Positions 1-14,420 of a DNA stretch of 64,000 bases are shown here, piece by piece. Source of the stretch: Candidatus Wirthbacteria bacterium (GTDB lineage: Bacteria > Patescibacteriota > CG2-30-54-11); the NCBI GenBank assembly GCA_903889905.1, contig CAISZI010000005.1:9376-73375 (forward strand). Direction: 5' to 3'. Position 1 is the first letter of the stretch, and each line of letters begins with the position of its first letter. Below the pieces are notes generated by a model that was not told the origin of the DNA, made no database searches, and was given only the letters and a program-made list of their open reading frames with translations. The translations under genes and the position numbers were made by a program.

Positions 1-190
1 TGTTGTAATCGTCGACAATCTCATCCTGGTAGGCAATAACGCTGGTTTCTTTGATTTCTTTGGTGTAATTCTGACCACTTCCGGCGCTGGCTGAAATCAC
101 GACAATCAGCAGAAGTAATACCAAAACCACCGCACCGGCAATGATGCCAGGCAGGAAAAGTTTATTTTGGCGCAGCTCGGCAATGTTCAT
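1..190 (-). CDS. membrane protein, N-terminal fragment (continues past window start)
   Basis: The reverse complement from 190 reads ATG AAC ATT ... = MNIAELRQNKLFLPGIIAGAVVLVLLLLIVVISASAG..., a hydrophobic TM stretch. Its ATG overlaps the stop of the upstream gene as ATGA, so the two are coupled. Confidence 0.5.
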   Translation of the reverse strand, partial: MNIAELRQNKLFLPGIIAGAVVLVLLLLIVVISASAGSGQNYTKEIKETSVIAYQDEIVDDYN

Positions 191-876
191 TGCAGGTCCA
201 TTTCTTCTTGATGAATAGCCTTGTCAAGATTATCGTCGGTGGTGTCATCGAGTAATGTCTGCAGTTCGTCTTCCTGTGAAACGGGAGAAGGGGGAGTGGG
301 GATTTTGTCCCGCAACGTGCTCATTTTGGCTATCAATTGCTGTAATTCATGGAACTGATTAAGGATGAGCAGTCCAATGCCGGCAATAAAAACAACCAGC
401 AAGCCGATGTTGGGGCCAATGCTGACCGCGGGCGTGGATTCGCCATGGAAACTGACGACACGGACAATGGCAAGCACCAGCAGTAGTGCCCCCGCTAAAT
501 TTTGAATCACCACCGGGCGCAGCGTATCGTCATCGGTTACGAGTGGAGCAAGTTGCACCGCGAGTGACGCGAATCCCAGCAGGAAAATAATGGTTCCATA
601 GATATCATTGTCCCATTGGAAGCCATTCCAGGTGGTGCAGGTGTAGATCCCGGGGGCACGGAAACAGGAATGAAACCATGGTAGAAGAGGGCTGATCAGG
701 GCGAGCAAGCCAAAAAAAAGGACACCCCGTTGCAGCCAGCTGAAAGCTTGCAGCAACTCACGCAATGAGGGTCGTTTGGGGGATAGATTTTCGGTCGTTT
801 CCATGGGGGTGTTTTGTTTAAGAATTTGGCCTCCGTCATTATATCGGCCGCCTGCTCCCAAGGTCAAGCAATGCAT
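187..876 (-). CDS. polytopic membrane protein of unknown function (true start probably the internal Met at ~804)
   Basis: 229-aa ORF with several hydrophobic helices. The ATG at 876 sits on the -35 box of the divergent hrcA promoter, so the METTENL start at 804 is more likely. Its stop overlaps the next minus-strand gene by 4 nt. Confidence 0.55.
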   Translation of the reverse strand: MHCLTLGAGGRYNDGGQILKQNTPMETTENLSPKRPSLRELLQAFSWLQRGVLFFGLLALISPLLPWFHSCFRAPGIYTCTTWNGFQWDNDIYGTIIFLLGFASLAVQLAPLVTDDDTLRPVVIQNLAGALLLVLAIVRVVSFHGESTPAVSIGPNIGLLVVFIAGIGLLILNQFHELQQLIAKMSTLRDKIPTPPSPVSQEDELQTLLDDTTDDNLDKAIHQEEMDLQ

Positions 877-878
877 GC

Positions 879-907
879 TTGACAGTCAAGACGGGTTTTG
901 TTAATCT
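879..907 (+). promoter_or_regulatory. sigma-70-type promoter for hrcA operon (TTGACA-17-TAATCT)
   Basis: ttgaca at 879-884, a 17-nt spacer, then taatct at 902-907, immediately upstream of the CIRCE element. Confidence 0.5.
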
Positions 908-914
908 GTCCATG

Positions 915-941
915 TTAGCACTCTCACTCTAAGAGTGCTAA
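915..941 (+). promoter_or_regulatory. CIRCE operator (HrcA binding site)
   Basis: Perfect TTAGCACTC-N9-GAGTGCTAA inverted repeat. It is followed by AGGAGG and the hrcA ATG at 952. Confidence 0.9.
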
Positions 942-951
942 GGAGGCCAAG

Positions 952-1647
952 ATGACCATTTCGAACAAACTTGAATTCCTGCTCAAACTGATCATGGACG
1001 ATTATATATCGTCTGGTGAGCCAGTCGGTTCGAAGTATCTGGTGGACAAACACCAGCTCGAGATGAGTTCTGCCACGGTGCGTAACATCATGGCTGACTT
1101 GGCCGAAAGTGGTTATCTGATGCAGTTGCATACGTCGTCCGGTCGGGTGCCGACGCCCAAAGCATACCGGTATTATGTGCAGTTTTTGATGCCTGAACCC
1201 GCCATTCCCGCCGTCTTCCCTGGTGATCTCACCTGTGGTGACAAAAATCTTGCCAACACATACGAATTGCTTTCCTTTTTGTCCGACAATATTGCCCGGC
1301 ACACCGCCAGCATGGGGGTAGCCATGATTGATGGCAAAATTGCCTACAGTGGACTTTCTAATCTGTTTGACTACGATGAGTTCACTGACCTCGGGCAGCT
1401 TCGGACACTGATCAGTTTGATTGAAAACACGCAGAAGATGAGCGGTATTTTTATGGGCATGCGCACACCGGGTGTCCGTTTTTTTATTGGTGAAAACTTG
1501 TTTGAATCAGCCGAAAATTTTTCTATTGCCGTGGCCAACTGTTTCATTGGGCAGCAGCAAGCTTACATGAGCGCGATTGGGCCACTAAGGATGAATTATG
1601 AGCGGGTGATGGGTACTCTTCAATATCTAGCCAATTTACAATGTTAG
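952..1647 (+). CDS. hrcA: heat-inducible transcription repressor HrcA (short form, 231 aa)
   Basis: The N-terminus ([38 protein letters not shown]) matches the HrcA winged-helix region. It sits in hrcA-grpE-dnaK operon context behind CIRCE. Confidence 0.85.
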   Translation: MTISNKLEFLLKLIMDDYISSGEPVGSKYLVDKHQLEMSSATVRNIMADLAESGYLMQLHTSSGRVPTPKAYRYYVQFLMPEPAIPAVFPGDLTCGDKNLANTYELLSFLSDNIARHTASMGVAMIDGKIAYSGLSNLFDYDEFTDLGQLRTLISLIENTQKMSGIFMGMRTPGVRFFIGENLFESAENFSIAVANCFIGQQQAYMSAIGPLRMNYERVMGTLQYLANLQC

Positions 1648-1656
1648 GGTAACAAT

Positions 1657-2262
1657 ATGACCACACACAGCCAAAAAGAACCCGAAAAAGAGCAACCGCA
1701 AACGGGCGCCCCACCCGTTGCCGAGACAGCGCAACCCCAGAATGTACCCGATGCGCAACCGGTTGTAGCGACAGAACCCGTGCCTCCAGGCGTTAGCGAA
1801 GTGGATACTTTAAAAGCCGAGCTGGAACAAGCCAAAGCCGACGTGGAACAGCACAAAAACAGCATGCTGCGGGCAGCGGCGGATTATCAGAATTATCGCA
1901 AACAACATGAAAAAGACCGCGAAGCCTGGGTCAGTTTTGCCAACATTGACTTGTTTGGCAAAATTATCCCGTTCATCGACGATTTTGACAAAGTCATCGA
2001 ACATGTGGACGAGGAAGCCAGGAAATCCAAGTGGTTTGAAGGTTTGTTACTCACGTACAAAAAATTGGAAAAAGTTCTGGAAGAAGCCGGGTTGAAAGAA
2101 ATCGCCGCCCTGAATTTGAAATTTGATCCGCGTCTGCACCAGGCCGTGATGGAAGAAGCCGTAGAAGGCAAGTCCTCCGGCACTGTGATTACAGTTTTGC
2201 AGCGTGGATTTGAGTTAAATGGCCGCGTCGTGCGTGCTTCCATGGTTAAAATCGCCAAATAA
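1657..2262 (+). CDS. grpE: nucleotide exchange factor GrpE
   Basis: 201 aa with an acidic/Pro-rich N-terminus, a coiled coil, and a GrpE C-terminal beta domain (ITVLQRGFELNGRVVRASMVKI). Confidence 0.9.
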   Translation: MTTHSQKEPEKEQPQTGAPPVAETAQPQNVPDAQPVVATEPVPPGVSEVDTLKAELEQAKADVEQHKNSMLRAAADYQNYRKQHEKDREAWVSFANIDLFGKIIPFIDDFDKVIEHVDEEARKSKWFEGLLLTYKKLEKVLEEAGLKEIAALNLKFDPRLHQAVMEEAVEGKSSGTVITVLQRGFELNGRVVRASMVKIAK

Positions 2263-2295
2263 TTTAAGCATTATTAAAGTTCAAGGAGTGTTGCT

Positions 2296-4209
2296 ATGGG
2301 ACGTATTATTGGAATTGATTTGGGTACGACAAACTCTGTCATGTCAGTCATGCAGGGCGGCGAACCGGTGGTGATCCCCAACGCCGAAGGTAATCGACTC
2401 ACGCCTTCCGTGGTTTCGGTAACCAAGGACGGCGAACGTCTGGTTGGGCAGCTGGCCAAACGTCAGGCTGTGACCAATTCAGAAAACACCGTGTTTTCCG
2501 TCAAACGTTTCATTGGCCGCAAATGGGAAGATCCCCTGCTGCAACGTGACGTCAACCTGATGCCGTACAAGATCAAACGTGGCAAACACGATGACGCGCT
2601 TGTGGTCATGGGGGGCAAGGAATACAGCGCCCAGGAAATCTCGGCCATGGTGTTGCAGAAAATGAAAATTGATGCGGAAGCTTTTTTGGGTGAGAAAATT
2701 ACTGAAGCCGTGATCACGTGCCCGGCCTACTTTGACGATTCTCAACGCCAGGCTACTCGTGACGCGGGTAAAATCGCCGGACTCGATGTGAAACGTGTTG
2801 TCAACGAACCGACCGCCTCTGCCCTGGCCTTTGGTCTGGACAAAAAAGGCAAAGATATGAAAGTTGCGGTCTATGATTACGGTGGCGGTACGTTTGATAT
2901 TTCCATCCTTGAGATGGGCGATGGTGTTTTTGAAGTGAAATCCACCAATGGAGACACCCACTTGGGCGGTGATGACTTTGACCAGATCATCATTGACTGG
3001 ATCATTGCTGAATTCAAGAAATCCGACGGCATTGATCTGTCACAGGACAAAATGGCGCTGCAACGCCTGCGTGAAGCAGCTGAAAAAGCCAAAATTGAAC
3101 TTTCGACAACAATGAAATCCGACATCAACCTGCCTTTTGTGACTGCGGATGCGACTGGGCCCAAACATCTCAATCTGGGATTGACGCGTGCCAAACTTGA
3201 AGATTTGACCAAACCCTTGATCGAACGTTCGGTCGAGCCTTGTCACAAGGCGCTCAAAGATTCCGGACTGAAGGCATCGGACGTGGATGAAGTGATTCTC
3301 GTGGGTGGTATGAGCCGTATGCCGGCCATCATCGAAAAGGTCAAGGAAATCTTTGGCAAAGAACCCAATCGTTCCGTCAACCCGGATGAATGCGTTGGCA
3401 TTGGCGCTGCCATTCAGGGGGGCGTCCTCCAAGGTGACGTCAAAGATATTCTGCTGCTCGATGTGACCCCGCTCTCTATGGGACTGGAAACCATGGGCGG
3501 TGTGTTTACCAAATTGATTGATCGCAATACCACCATCCCGACTTCCAAAAGTCAGGTCTTCTCTACCGCTTCCGACAACCAGACACAGGTGGAAGTGCAT
3601 GTGCTGCAAGGCGAACGCGAATTTGCCCGCGACAACCGTACGCTGGGACGCTTTATCCTGGATGGTATCCCGCCAGCACCACGCGGTATTCCTCAGGTTG
3701 AAGTCACTTTTGACATTGACGCTTCAGGATTACTTAACGTCTCCGCCAAGGACAAAGCCACTGGGCGTGAGCAGAAAATTACAATTACGGCTTCCACCAA
3801 CCTCAGCGACGATGAAGTCAATCGTATGACCAAGGATGCGGAGAAGTACGCCGAAGAAGACAAGAAACGCAAAGACTTGATTGAACTCAAGAACCAGACC
3901 GACAGCCTGATTTATCAGTCCGAACGCACCCTGCGTGATGCTGGCGACAAAGTCCCAGCCGAAGAAAAACATGCCGTGGAAGACGCGATCACGAATGCCA
4001 AAAAGGCCCTTGAAGGCGAGGACGAAGCCAAGATCAAGCAATCCCAGGATGAACTTTCCCAGGCGATTCAGAAAGTGTCCGTTCATCTCTACCAATCCAC
4101 CGGCCCAACCCAGGGTGGTGCCTCCTCAGCTGGCGCAGGCCCCAAGAAAGAAGACGTCGTGGAAGGCGAGTACGAGGATGTCAAAGACGACCAGAACAAA
4201 AAACCGTAA
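2296..4209 (+). CDS. dnaK: molecular chaperone DnaK (Hsp70)
   Basis: 637 aa carrying the [17 protein letters not shown] and [11 protein letters not shown] Hsp70 signatures. Confidence 0.97.
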   Translation: MGRIIGIDLGTTNSVMSVMQGGEPVVIPNAEGNRLTPSVVSVTKDGERLVGQLAKRQAVTNSENTVFSVKRFIGRKWEDPLLQRDVNLMPYKIKRGKHDDALVVMGGKEYSAQEISAMVLQKMKIDAEAFLGEKITEAVITCPAYFDDSQRQATRDAGKIAGLDVKRVVNEPTASALAFGLDKKGKDMKVAVYDYGGGTFDISILEMGDGVFEVKSTNGDTHLGGDDFDQIIIDWIIAEFKKSDGIDLSQDKMALQRLREAAEKAKIELSTTMKSDINLPFVTADATGPKHLNLGLTRAKLEDLTKPLIERSVEPCHKALKDSGLKASDVDEVILVGGMSRMPAIIEKVKEIFGKEPNRSVNPDECVGIGAAIQGGVLQGDVKDILLLDVTPLSMGLETMGGVFTKLIDRNTTIPTSKSQVFSTASDNQTQVEVHVLQGEREFARDNRTLGRFILDGIPPAPRGIPQVEVTFDIDASGLLNVSAKDKATGREQKITITASTNLSDDEVNRMTKDAEKYAEEDKKRKDLIELKNQTDSLIYQSERTLRDAGDKVPAEEKHAVEDAITNAKKALEGEDEAKIKQSQDELSQAIQKVSVHLYQSTGPTQGGASSAGAGPKKEDVVEGEYEDVKDDQNKKP

Positions 4210-4276
4210 AACAAGCAGTTAAAAAGTTTATTAAGTCATAAAGTAAAAGAAGAAATTTGGAATTTCGGGTAAGATT

Positions 4277-4307
4277 AAGAGGCGGGGAAACCTGCCTCTT
4301 ATTGTCA
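4277..4307 (+). terminator. hairpin (aagaggc-N10-gcctctt) plus T-rich tail downstream of dnaK
   Basis: 7-bp perfect stem at 4277-4300 followed by attgtcattt. Candidate intrinsic terminator or attenuator, lying directly against the next ORF start. Confidence 0.4.
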
Positions 4308-4308
4308 T

Positions 4309-5379
4309 TTGATGGAAAAATCATTGTCAAAAAAATCGATACAAGCAACACTAATCGAGATCAAGCCTGGACAGGACGTTCAGCTTGAATTGGATAAATT
4401 GGTCAAAAATGGCTGCAAGCGCATCAAATTTGTGAATGCCCGTCTAAAAGCCAGCGCTTTACCTGCAGGACGGTCAGCGTTTGCCATGCTGGTCCTGGAC
4501 AAGCGTTATAACGGCGTTGAAATAGAAGGTGCCGATGGGGATGGCACAATTTTGGATGCGGAATATCGGCTGGCACATGGCATCGTGATTGAGTCTGGCG
4601 TACGGCGACTTGTTTTGCGGCGGTTAATCATCACGCATGGGCAGCCCAGTCATCACAATGCAATGCAGAAGTTGTCGCCGTGGCGCGCTATAACGAGCAT
4701 TTACCGCTACGTCGACGGTGGTGGTGTTGTGGCACTGGCGGGAGCTGAGGTCGCGTTTGACCAAGTGCATTTTGTCGCCAACCGAGGTCCCGTTTGCGGG
4801 GCAGCAGTATCGAATCAGGGCGCCAGATTGACCTTTGATAACTGCTATTTTGTCGAAAATCTGACAGGAGACACGGGTGCAGCGATTGACAATCTGGTGC
4901 CCGGGTCACAAATCGAGGTGCAACAATGCCGCTTCGAGGGGAACCTGTCCACGCCGGGATTTGGCGTGATTTCGCTTTTTCCGGACACTTTTGCCCAGAT
5001 CGAAGGATGTTCGTTTTATTTAAACCGTCGCCAAAGCATTGCCATTGATTATCAGTCCAGGCAGTCAGGATTGGTTGCGGTCAATAATCAGTTTATTTAC
5101 GACAAGCTTGAACTGGCAGGTTTTAATCCTGTTCCGATTTTACCCGAACCTAAACGCCATGACTTTTTGGCGCACTTAAAAGTGCTGCGTTTTATGGTAG
5201 TTCACTGGCTACGGCAGCGGCTATCAGTCGGCCAGGTCGTTGCTGGAATTGAAAAGAATGATTTTGAAAATTTACCGCAGCGCCGCAATGTCTTTCGCAC
5301 AGAAGTCGAGCAGCGGTTTGGTAAAAGCAGTCTGCAGTGGATTGCCGTCCAGCATGACCGCGACATTATTCTAAAATAG
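4309..5379 (+). CDS. hypothetical protein with parallel beta-helix (PbH1-like) repeats; occupies the usual dnaJ position
   Basis: 356-aa ORF. The repeated motifs (VHFVANRG, LTFDNCYFVEN, CRFEGN, CSFYLN) are typical of right-handed beta-helix proteins. There is no obvious SD or signal peptide. An ATG at 4312 is the likely start; the ORF caller used the TTG at 4309. Confidence 0.6.
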   Translation: MMEKSLSKKSIQATLIEIKPGQDVQLELDKLVKNGCKRIKFVNARLKASALPAGRSAFAMLVLDKRYNGVEIEGADGDGTILDAEYRLAHGIVIESGVRRLVLRRLIITHGQPSHHNAMQKLSPWRAITSIYRYVDGGGVVALAGAEVAFDQVHFVANRGPVCGAAVSNQGARLTFDNCYFVENLTGDTGAAIDNLVPGSQIEVQQCRFEGNLSTPGFGVISLFPDTFAQIEGCSFYLNRRQSIAIDYQSRQSGLVAVNNQFIYDKLELAGFNPVPILPEPKRHDFLAHLKVLRFMVVHWLRQRLSVGQVVAGIEKNDFENLPQRRNVFRTEVEQRFGKSSLQWIAVQHDRDIILK

Positions 5380-5381
5380 CG

Positions 5382-5852
5382 TCAGTTGTTGGCGGCTTTG
5401 ACATTGAAGTAGGCCATGTCTTTGGGCCGCTGAATGAGGAAGGAAAAGGGAACTTCACCCAGTGGTTCGACAGCCTCCAATGGTGTGGCAGCCAGTTCTT
5501 CATAAACGAGTTTATTTTTACTGTCATAGACGCGCAAATCCAGTGAGATCGAGCCATTGAAGGCTTTGGGGGTCATGTTTTTGACCACGCCGACGACTTT
5601 GACCTGGCCAAGCGTTTCTTCAAAAGCCTGGGCTTCTACTTTCCATGCATCCTGCTGTTGGTGAAAGTTTTTGCCAAAGTAAACGTAGACCAGAGCGACA
5701 ATGCCAATGACGGCGATCATGATCAAAAACAAATCAATGATACCCCAGCCTTTAAACAGTTTGGCAACCGGATTCATACGCACTTCTGTGCCGCAGTGTG
5801 GGCAGCGGATTTCTTTTTTGGAAACTTCCTGATGGCAATTTCGACAAGTCAT
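5382..5852 (-). CDS. zinc-ribbon / single-TM membrane protein with DUF4352-like extracytoplasmic beta domain
   Basis: N-terminal CxxC-N13-CxxC motif (CRNC...CPHC), then one TM helix (IIDLFLIMIAVIGIVALVYVYF), then a beta-rich C-terminal domain. Its start lies 2 nt after the atpC stop, so it is probably the last gene of the atp operon. Confidence 0.7.
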   Translation of the reverse strand: MTCRNCHQEVSKKEIRCPHCGTEVRMNPVAKLFKGWGIIDLFLIMIAVIGIVALVYVYFGKNFHQQQDAWKVEAQAFEETLGQVKVVGVVKNMTPKAFNGSISLDLRVYDSKNKLVYEELAATPLEAVEPLGEVPFSFLIQRPKDMAYFNVKAANN

Positions 5853-5853
5853 G

Positions 5854-6111
5854 TCAGAGCCCCGTCAGCACAACGGCTTCATTATTAACAAATTTGAGAA
5901 TACCTCGCTGGATGTTGATCTGTTCGATTTTTTTGTCTTCCCTGCGGATAATCAGGTCGCCATTGGATAGTACGCAGATGAAGGGTGAATGATTGGGCAA
6001 AACATCGAATTTGCCTTTGCGGTTCATGGCGCTGATCGAGAAGGCCTGAACATCGAGCAGGGTTTTTTCGGCATTGATGACGCGAATGTGGAAGGTCGGT
6101 TTTTGACTCAT
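5854..6111 (-). CDS. atpC: F1 ATP synthase epsilon subunit, N-terminal beta-sandwich domain only (85 aa)
   Basis: The fold pattern (LLDVQAFSISAMNRKGKFDVLPNHSPFICVLSNGDLII...) matches the epsilon beta domain. It sits immediately downstream of atpD and is start/stop coupled to it. The C-terminal helical hairpin is absent. Confidence 0.8.
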   Translation of the reverse strand: MSQKPTFHIRVINAEKTLLDVQAFSISAMNRKGKFDVLPNHSPFICVLSNGDLIIRREDKKIEQINIQRGILKFVNNEAVVLTGL

Positions 6112-8940
<2,829 letters not shown>

Positions 8941-8944
<4 letters not shown>

Positions 8945-10653
8945 GTTTTCACCTCCAAACTGGTGGCAGCAGGCGCTGGCACAGCGGCATCCGCGGAGGG
9001 CACGGGTTGAGGTTCCACAACCTTTGTCTCAGTATTTTTTTTGTCCTCTTTGGCTTTGTTCTTTTTTTCGTCTTTTTTGTCTGTCTTTTTATTGTCCTTT
9101 TTCCCACCGCCAAACATTCCTTTTTTGGGTGGCGGCGCGTTTTTGGCTGCTTCAGCAGCGGCTTCTGCCGCGAGTTCATCTTCGGTTTTTGGTACTTCCA
9201 GATGGACATTGAATGGCTCAATGATCGGGGCAACGTCCGCCAGAAACTGTTCAATTGCCGGTTTAACAATATCGAGCTTTTTGTCCATGATATCGATGCC
9301 AAGTTGTTTATACTGATCCCGGTGCAGAAAATCACAAAAAGCGGTTTTGGCTTCTCCCACTTTATCCATCTGTAGTTTGTCGAACAGACCTTCGGTAATA
9401 CCGTAGAACATCATGATCTGGTCCGACAGTTTGATCGCCTCATAAATTTTTTGTTTGAGCAGTTCGTAGGCGCGTTCACCGCGGGCAATACGGTTTTTGG
9501 TTTCATCGGCGAGGTCGGTACCAAAGCTGGCAAATGCCTGTGCTTCGCGGTACTGCATGAGGATGCGCTGCACTTTGACGCCCAGTTTTTTGAGCACGTC
9601 CCCTTGGACTTTGCCGCCAAGTCGTGAAACCGAGAGTTCAATCGCGATGGCTGGCATCAGGCCTTTGTTAAACAGTGACATGTCAAACAAAATGTGCCCA
9701 TCCGTGATGCTCAGTACGTTTGTGGCCACGTAACCCGACAAGTCCCGTTCCGCGGCTTCAATCACCGGCAGTGCAGCCATGCTGCCACCGCCGTATTCGT
9801 CGGAGAGCTGTGCAGCGCGTTCGAGGAGGCGGGAATGGATGTAGAAGATGTCGCCGGGGTATGCTTCGCGACCTGGTGGGCGCTTGAGCAGCAGCGCCAT
9901 CTGGCGGTAGGCTTTGGCGTGCTGGCTCAGGTCATCATAGATCATGAGTACGTGCTGTCCCTTGTTCATGAAGTATTCACCAATGGTGCAGCCGGTGTAA
10001 GGCGCGATATAGTTCATGGTCGGGGACATGGCGGCCGTGGCCATGACAATCACGATTTTATCCATGACCCCTTCTTCGGTGAATTTGTTGGCCAGCGTTT
10101 TGATTTGTGCCTGGGGTTTGCCGATAGCGACATAGACGCTGATCACTCCGACTCGGGCGAGATTGATCATGGCGGTAGCGAGTGCGGCAGTTTTTCCCGA
10201 TTTGGCGTCGCCAATAATGGTGGCGCGCTGGCCACGTCCGACAGGCAGCATGCCGTCGATTTGCATAATGCCGGTTTCGAGTTGAACTTTTACGGCTTTA
10301 CGCTGGAAAATCGTGGGAGCAGGACTTTCGATCGGGCGTTTTTCTTCGTATTCCAGCGTTCCTTTGCCGTCTACGGGGACTCCGAGTGGGTTGACGACAC
10401 GGCCGAGCAATGCTTGTCCAACTGGCGCCGAGAGCGGTTGCCCCGTACTTTCCACTTTATCACCACGTTTAACGGCCTGGGCATTACCCAGAATCACGGC
10501 ATGGATATAGTCTTCGTCGAGACGCAGGACCAGGCCATGTGTCCCGCTTTCAAAAATGACTTCTTCTTCCATGGTGGCATGCGGCAGTCCACGAATCAGG
10601 CAGACTGTTTCACCCACTTCTTCAACGGTACCAATTTGTTTGAATTCACTCAT
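8941..10653 (-). CDS. atpA: F1 ATP synthase alpha subunit with ~65-aa Lys-rich C-terminal tail
   Basis: 570 aa with a GDAKSGKT P-loop and alpha-type conservation (PPGREAYPGDIFYIHSRLLERAA). The C-terminus is a K/D/E-rich low-complexity tail. Confidence 0.92.
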
Positions 10654-11282
10654 GAGGCTGCTCCTGGTGCTACGCGCATATCGGTAAATTCGGCTTTCAC
10701 CATCTCGTCGAGGTACTGCATCGTCAATTTGTGGACATTGTCGCGAATGTGTGGCTCAATTTCCTTGAGCCGGGTAATGACGGTATCTTCAAATTCAAAG
10801 GCATCGGCCTGAATGATGACACCGCCAATGATGGACTGGTCCACGGAGATATCAAAAACAAACTGGTATTGGATATGACGGCGTAATTCCTGATGTAACC
10901 AGGAGATGATATTGTCCGGCAAATAATCGGCCAGAGTCAGGTTCACGGAACGGATGGTTTTGACCTGGTTACGCAGCAGGAACAAAAAGGTGGGTTTATC
11001 CTGGTCATCAATCGCCTGAAATAGATTGTGTCGCACCAGCATGCCGAGAAATTTTTGGGCCACAATCGGAATGTTATGTTTTTTGATAAAATTATTCATT
11101 ACATCTTCTTTGGCTTCTACGGCCAGTTTGGCATCAATCAATTTGGGATAGACATTAGGATCGTAATAAATATCCTGTACCATGAGTTCCATGGATTGGG
11201 CCACACCGGTCAGGATCTGGGTAGTATGGATGGTGCTCAGCAGCAAATCGATCAAATCAAGTTTTTCTTTTTGGGTTGCCAT
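10650..11282 (-). CDS. atpH: F1 ATP synthase delta subunit (OSCP) with ~35-aa C-terminal extension
   Basis: 210 aa. The delta C-terminal domain motif IIGGVIIQADAFEFEDTVITRLKEI is present. It overlaps atpA as ATGA, and its start directly abuts the stop of the upstream NHL gene. Confidence 0.85.
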   Translation of the reverse strand: MATQKEKLDLIDLLLSTIHTTQILTGVAQSMELMVQDIYYDPNVYPKLIDAKLAVEAKEDVMNNFIKKHNIPIVAQKFLGMLVRHNLFQAIDDQDKPTFLFLLRNQVKTIRSVNLTLADYLPDNIISWLHQELRRHIQYQFVFDISVDQSIIGGVIIQADAFEFEDTVITRLKEIEPHIRDNVHKLTMQYLDEMVKAEFTDMRVAPGAAS

Positions 11283-12785
<1,503 letters not shown>

Positions 12786-14243
12786 TTACTTAGTCGGTGA
12801 AAGTGGGGGAGAAGGGGATGTCTGAACGATAGCTGATGGCACTGTTGTCGTGGCAAGAGGAAGTTGTGCAGCAGGCGGGAGCACAGCAGTTGGTTGAGAT
12901 GGAGTGCTCGCGGGAGGTTGCGGCACCGTTACTGGTATCGCCGGTGGGGTTATGGCTGCAGCATTTGCTGGCGATGCTTTGAGTTCGTCTTTGAGAGGAA
13001 AATCAGCGGGATTAACAGGCATTGGCACTGTCTGGCTTGCCAGTTTATTCATGTTGGGCTCCAGCCCTTCCACCTTGACAAGTGGTGGATTGGCTGCCGG
13101 CGTTGTAGCAGGAATTTCCGCAGTACCCTCTTGTTTGGCGGGGGCTTTGAGCTGTTTTTTGAGTTTTGCCACAGCATCCATGATTACTTCCTGGTGCTGT
13201 TCAGGACTGAGTGTCAAATTTAAGGATTCTTTAACAACCGAAATCACATACAGCACAATTTCATTTTCAACCTGTTTGAGTACTTTTTCACCAATGCGGC
13301 GGGCACGGTCTTCACTTTGATTGATGATGCTATCCGAGACTTCTTCAAATTTATTCAGTAATTGTTTGTTGAAATCATCAATTTTTTCCCAGGATTTATC
13401 ATTGGCCGAGTTTACAATCTGGCGGATGTCAGCCAGGGCTTTATCGGCGCTCTGCTGGACCGAGGTGGCAATGGCTTGATTGCCCGCTTCGATTCCTTTA
13501 TCGAGGCGCGTTTTTAGTTCGTCAAGGTAACCGTCAAATCCTTTTTGTGCTGTTTCCACGATTGTTTGAGCCGATGCTCCGGCGGTAGTGAGAATCTGGT
13601 CGGCATGCGTTTTGGCCACATTGATGATGGTGTCTTTTTCACCCGTGACTTTTTCCATCATGCTGGCGGCCTGCTCCCGGATTTTGTTGGCGCTACTGCG
13701 GGCGTTATCAACAATTTCAGTTGCCATAGTCTGGGCGGTCTGCATTTTTTCCAGTTCAGTTTTTTGAATTTCTTTGGAGCTGGAGAGAAATTTGTAAAGT
13801 TCCTGGTACAGTTGTTTTTGGGCTGTTTGCAGATCCGTATCCAATTCTTCCTGGAACTTACATAGCGACACTTTGGTTGCAGCGCCAATTTCGGCACTGT
13901 GTTTGGTGAGTTCATCGAGCAGTGTCGTAATGCGCTTGCGATTTTCATCGACGACCGTGTTGGCGTCATCCTGCATTTTTTTAACTTGTGTCTGCAGGTC
14001 GGAATTGGCAAGATACTGCGCTTTTTGCAAAATATGCTTGGCATCTTCGTTAACTTGTTTGTAAACTTCTTCGATATTACTGACCACTTCAAAGATTACC
14101 TTGGAACGGCCTTTTTTTTGGTTATACATACTGATAATACGGGCAATACCCAACCCACCGGCGATTCCCAGAATGCCAGCGGCGACGCTGATGAGGTTGA
14201 CGATAAGGGTTGGAATGGGTTGTGTCATAGGCCTGAAATCCAC
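12786..14243 (-). CDS. N-terminally membrane-anchored long coiled-coil protein with Pro/Thr-rich C-terminus; possible elongated F0 b-subunit analogue
   Basis: 485 aa with one N-terminal TM helix, then about 330 aa of A/Q/E/K-rich heptad-like helix (a pattern like b or b' stalks), then a PT-rich tail. It lies 9 nt upstream of the NHL gene in the same operon. Confidence 0.65.
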   Translation of the reverse strand: MDFRPMTQPIPTLIVNLISVAAGILGIAGGLGIARIISMYNQKKGRSKVIFEVVSNIEEVYKQVNEDAKHILQKAQYLANSDLQTQVKKMQDDANTVVDENRKRITTLLDELTKHSAEIGAATKVSLCKFQEELDTDLQTAQKQLYQELYKFLSSSKEIQKTELEKMQTAQTMATEIVDNARSSANKIREQAASMMEKVTGEKDTIINVAKTHADQILTTAGASAQTIVETAQKGFDGYLDELKTRLDKGIEAGNQAIATSVQQSADKALADIRQIVNSANDKSWEKIDDFNKQLLNKFEEVSDSIINQSEDRARRIGEKVLKQVENEIVLYVISVVKESLNLTLSPEQHQEVIMDAVAKLKKQLKAPAKQEGTAEIPATTPAANPPLVKVEGLEPNMNKLASQTVPMPVNPADFPLKDELKASPANAAAITPPAIPVTVPQPPASTPSQPTAVLPPAAQLPLATTTVPSAIVQTSPSPPLSPTK

Positions 14244-14420
14244 TTAAGCCAGAGCTTTCAATATGTATAAATATATCCTCTTAGTCTACCATCTATCCCA
14301 AAACCGGTCAACCATGGCCAAAGGTGCCATTCCGGGCCTTTTGCCGTGGCGAGCTGGTTAACTTTGACCAAAATTGTCAAACAGTGATACACTAAAGAGA
14401 TTAATAATCATTAAAACCCA

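Noticed and set aside
12786-13100. DNA-level tandem repeats or CRISPR-like arrays in Pro-rich coding tails
   Set aside because: The low-complexity character is at the amino-acid level only. No exact nucleotide repeat units or spacer-repeat periodicity are visible.
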